This document shows, piece after piece, positions 60,754 through 64,000 of a DNA stretch of 64,000 nt; position 1 is the stretch's first letter; the number at the start of each line of letters is the position of its first letter. Made by a program: the position numbers and the translations under genes. The notes beneath the pieces were generated by a model that was not told where the DNA came from, made no database searches, and saw nothing but the letters and a program-made list of their open reading frames with translations. The DNA lies in the NCBI GenBank assembly GCA_050250895.1, contig JBFWNU010000009.1, forward strand, positions 239,247-303,246, read 5' to 3'. This DNA comes from Vulcanimicrobiota bacterium. Its GTDB lineage: Bacteria; Vulcanimicrobiota; Xenobia; Xenobiales; JADMJV01.

Positions 60754-60793
60754 GGGCGTCGAGACTCGCCACAGAGGTCGAGTCTCGACGCCC
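60754..60793. repeat. Perfect 15-bp inverted repeat (hairpin)
   Basis: GGGCGTCGAGACTCG-N10-CGAGTCTCGACGCCC. Confidence 0.9.
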
Positions 60794-60883
60794 GGAAAAT
60801 CGTTGCTCGAGCCAGGAAACGTTCGACCCGCCAGACCTTTAGCGAAAGAGCAAGCACGAGCAACAGTCGGGGCGTAATAGCCA

Positions 60884-62707
60884 ATGGAAAGACCTCAACG
60901 AGATATCAATGTTTGGCGCAAGGCCTGGGCCCTGCTAGACGATCGCGAAAGGCGCCACGCCTTTACTACGCTGTGTGTGGTGATCGCCGGAGCTATATCG
61001 TCTGCCTTCATGATCAGTTCGATCATGCCTTTTCTGGCGGTTCTGGCCGAACCGGATCAAATCCATACCCAGCCGCTGTTGTCCTGGGCGTATCAGTATT
61101 TTGGCTTCAGTTCCTCTTATGAGTTCCTGGCGGGGCTAGCCGCAGCATCTTTTGCCGTTATTGCGTTGGCGAGTGTCATTCAAGTCGTCAAGGCTTATGC
61201 CGTATTCAGATTCTCTCTGATGCGCATGCACACGATCAGTCATCGGCTCATGCTCAAGTATTTGCGGCACCCTTATGAGTTCTTTCTCGGTCGCCACTCT
61301 GGCGAGCTGGGCACACGACTTCTTGCCGAGAGTCGAGAGGTTGTCTTGCAGTTTCTGCGTCCTGCCACCGAACTCATCGCTTCCATTACAACAGTCCTGG
61401 CCATCGTTGGCTTGCTGCTGTGGATCGAGCCAGTCCTGGCCGTCTGTGCATTTCTTACACTCGGCTCTCTCTATGGAAGCATCTATGCGGTCGTTCGCAG
61501 TTACCTCAGGAGGCTGGGTCAAGAACGGTTGAGCTGCAACAGCGAACGATATCGTATCGCCTCGGAGGTATTCGGCGGGGTGAAGGAGATCAAGCTTCTC
61601 TGTAAGGAAGAGGCCTATCTAAAACGGTATGCCAAGTCGTCTCATGGCACGGCCCGCAGCGAAGTTTTGGTATGCACACTGTCAACGGTCCCGCAATTTG
61701 CTCTACAGGCTCTTGCGCTCGGTGGAATCTTACTGATTTGCATGGTGATGCTTGACCGGGGCTCCCACTCGCTCGAGGCAGCGTTGCCTCTGCTAGGAGT
61801 TTTTGCTTTCGCTGGTCAGCGACTTACGCCGGAACTTTCCATCATATATCGCTCGCTGGCGAATATTCAGGCGGGGAGCGCTTCGGTCGATGCAGTCTAT
61901 GAGGATCTTTTCGGCCTCGACGATGGGATGTCACTGTCCACCGACGGGTCGAAAATTCGGCTGAAGCAATCCATCCGGCTCGATCGCATCTCCTATCGCT
62001 ATCCATCTTCGGAGAGCGCTGGCCTCAACGACGTTGACCTGACCATTAAAGCGGGTGAACGCATTGGAATTGTGGGCACGACGGGAGCAGGAAAAACCAC
62101 CCTGGCAGATGTGATTCTTGGGCTCTTGACACCGCAAGCGGGCGAACTCCTTGTCGACGGCGTTTCGATTACAGCCGACAATGTACGGGCTTGGCAGCAG
62201 AATGTGGGTTACGTTCCTCAGGACGTCTTCTTGATAGACGCCTCCATTGCGGAGAACATTGCTCTCGGTAACGCACCCGAGCAAATCGATCGTCAAAAGG
62301 TCGAGAGGTCGGCAAGTATTGCCAATCTCGAAGCCTTTGTTCGTGAGGATCTGCCGCAAGGCTACGATACGATGGTGGGGGAAAGAGGGGTTCGTCTTTC
62401 TGGAGGTCAGATTCAACGGATTGGAATCGCTCGGGCGCTTTATCACGACGCCGATTTTATTGTATTCGATGAAGCGACGAGCGCTCTGGACAATGTCACG
62501 GAACGCGACGTGATGAACGCTGTTGATGCGCTGCCCGGAGACAAGACAATCCTGTTGATAGCCCACCGCTTGAGCACGGTCAAACGCTGCGACCAGATTG
62601 TCGTATTGGACAAAGGGCGTATCGTCGGTTGCGGCCCCTGGGAGGCCCTGATGGAACGCAACGTCACTTTCCAAAGGATAGCAAGTAGCGGACAGCTGGC
62701 CTCCTAG
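60884..62707 (+). CDS. ABC transporter permease/ATPase (PglK/HepA-like glycan flippase)
   Basis: TM domain + GTTGAGKT, LSGGQIQRIGIARA, FDEATSALD. Confidence 0.93.
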   Translation: MERPQRDINVWRKAWALLDDRERRHAFTTLCVVIAGAISSAFMISSIMPFLAVLAEPDQIHTQPLLSWAYQYFGFSSSYEFLAGLAAASFAVIALASVIQVVKAYAVFRFSLMRMHTISHRLMLKYLRHPYEFFLGRHSGELGTRLLAESREVVLQFLRPATELIASITTVLAIVGLLLWIEPVLAVCAFLTLGSLYGSIYAVVRSYLRRLGQERLSCNSERYRIASEVFGGVKEIKLLCKEEAYLKRYAKSSHGTARSEVLVCTLSTVPQFALQALALGGILLICMVMLDRGSHSLEAALPLLGVFAFAGQRLTPELSIIYRSLANIQAGSASVDAVYEDLFGLDDGMSLSTDGSKIRLKQSIRLDRISYRYPSSESAGLNDVDLTIKAGERIGIVGTTGAGKTTLADVILGLLTPQAGELLVDGVSITADNVRAWQQNVGYVPQDVFLIDASIAENIALGNAPEQIDRQKVERSASIANLEAFVREDLPQGYDTMVGERGVRLSGGQIQRIGIARALYHDADFIVFDEATSALDNVTERDVMNAVDALPGDKTILLIAHRLSTVKRCDQIVVLDKGRIVGCGPWEALMERNVTFQRIASSGQLAS

Positions 62708-62965
62708 AGCTTCGAGGAGCTTCGGCTTGCCCGCGTTGAAGATGTCCTTAGCACGGATGAGCCCACATCGCGGCGGCGCGGATATGCCTCGCAGTTCAAT
62801 CGTTCAATCTAGGCTCTTCTTCGTTCTCCCGGCCAAGTTTCTGGCCAGCTAGACTCGGAGATCTCGGGAGGAGAACTGCCTCCGCACAAGACACCGCGCC
62901 TGGCCGCAACGCGAGAAGGACGAAACCCCTCTTTCCTCACCGCTCCACTGCTCTGTGACCCGTCG

Positions 62966-63279
62966 GTGAGCGTGCTTGGATTTGATGTCGCCGACGTGGT
63001 AGGCTGGGGCGTCGTTCTTTCACAACTGAATTCTAGGCCGTCGAGCCCGCTGCCAGGGCCTCCTGGTAGTTCCAGGGCATCCAGCTGGCGGGGTTCTTCA
63101 GCAGTTCGTCACCGTTGCGCTGAAGGGCCGTCAGGTAGTCGAAGGGGTTCACCTCGTTCAGTTCGCAAGTATGGACCAGACTGGTGAAAATGTCACCGAC
63201 CTCCGCGCCTCTCTGGGTCTGGAAGAACAAAGCATTCTTCCGGTGCATGACGGCCTTCTTGAGCGCTCTTTCCGCCAGG
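62966..63279 (-). mobile_element. IS66-family transposase 3' fragment with probable right end
   Basis: NLAERALKKAVMHRKNALFF...TCELNEVNPFDYL...WMPWNY; GTGAGCGT at 62966 resembles the IS66 terminal GTAAGCGT (weaker evidence). Confidence 0.8.
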
Positions 63280-63371
63280 TTATGCCGACCTCCAGGTTAT
63301 GCCGCCTGGATTTGGCGGACCTCGTAGCTGCGCCGTTGGATGGCGCCCAGCGTGGCGGTAACGCGGCATAA
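63280..63371. repeat. RIT-element terminal motifs
   Basis: TTATGCCG at 63280 and 63297 (9-bp spacer) and inverted CGGCATAA at 63364-63371 abutting the recombinase stop. Confidence 0.85.
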
Positions 63372-63782
63372 TCAGAGGCTCTCCAGAAAAGCCAGAAGTG
63401 GATCGGAGGGGCGATATCGTTGAGTGACTTCCCCGAGTGGCGCGGCGTGTGCCAACGCCCGCTCTTTGAGCCGGAGATCTGCGTGGATATAGATTTGGGT
63501 GGTTTCCAGCGATTCGTGCCCGAGCCAGAGCGCTATAACGCTGAGATCCACACCGCGCCAGAGAAGATGCATGGCGGCCGTATGGCGCAGCGTATGTGGT
63601 GTGACTGATTTTCGGGCCAGTGATGGGCACGTCTTGCTCGCGGTTTTCGCGTGGCGTGAGACGAGCTTTTGAAGGGCATCGGGGCTGAGAGTGCCGCCGT
63701 TCGAACTCGGAAAGACCCTGCTTTCCGGCCCGCCGCTACGTTGAGCGAGCCACTCGTCGAGCACGAAGGCAACCTCTGTCTG
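63372..63782 (-). pseudogene. Tyrosine recombinase C-terminal half (third RIT recombinase-like), 5'-truncated
   Basis: [23 protein letters not shown], ending PLLAFLESL; in-frame TGA just upstream of [12 protein letters not shown]. Confidence 0.85.
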
Positions 63783-64000
63783 GCGTCAACTACTTTTGCC
63801 GGACTCCTTGCCTCATCCAAAAATCTTACCCTGCGTCTCCCAGCATCAAGAGATGCCCACAAGTTCTCTAGCTGGTTCCACCCTTACCGCCCGCAGTCTC
63901 AAAGGCTCCGCTGCGAGAGTCAATGGATCTGAGCTGTCGACCTCCACTACGCTCGATGACCTCCACTCCGCAACGCGACGTTGAAGCGTTCGAAGCAGAT

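Noticed and set aside
63275-63304. CRISPR array from the 13-bp direct repeat
   Set aside because: Only two copies 17 bp apart, no cas genes; explained by the RIT end

Overview
GC-rich bacterial chromosomal segment. No rRNA, tRNA or CRISPR array was recognised. About 1-15 kb holds mixed genes: a methyltransferase/nucleotidyltransferase/JmjC trio, fbp, PIN-PhoH, an M48-like peptidase, a DegT + Gfo/Idh pair, an LCP protein, an aldehyde dehydrogenase and a DtxR/MntR regulator. About 15-62.7 kb is a large mosaic surface-glycan (EPS/capsule/O-antigen) locus. It contains GT4/GT2 transferases, nucleotide-sugar enzymes, AsnB, two BY-kinases, a Wzz/GumC co-polymerase, two paralogous Wzy-like proteins, neuBCA, an AAC(3)-family acyltransferase, an ABC flippase and decayed gene and IS relics. 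The most unusual element lies inside the glycan operon on the minus strand. A Zn-ribbon/beta-propeller gene and a GT4 precede a translationally coupled trio: O-antigen-ligase-TPR, a 977-aa tubulin-like protein whose GTPase signature loop has degenerated, and a 903-aa Zn-ribbon/Ig-like/Hsp70-like protein. A PP2C phosphatase lies nearby. The window ends with a RIT-element end inserted into an IS66 transposase. All assignments come from reading motifs by eye; no database searches were run.
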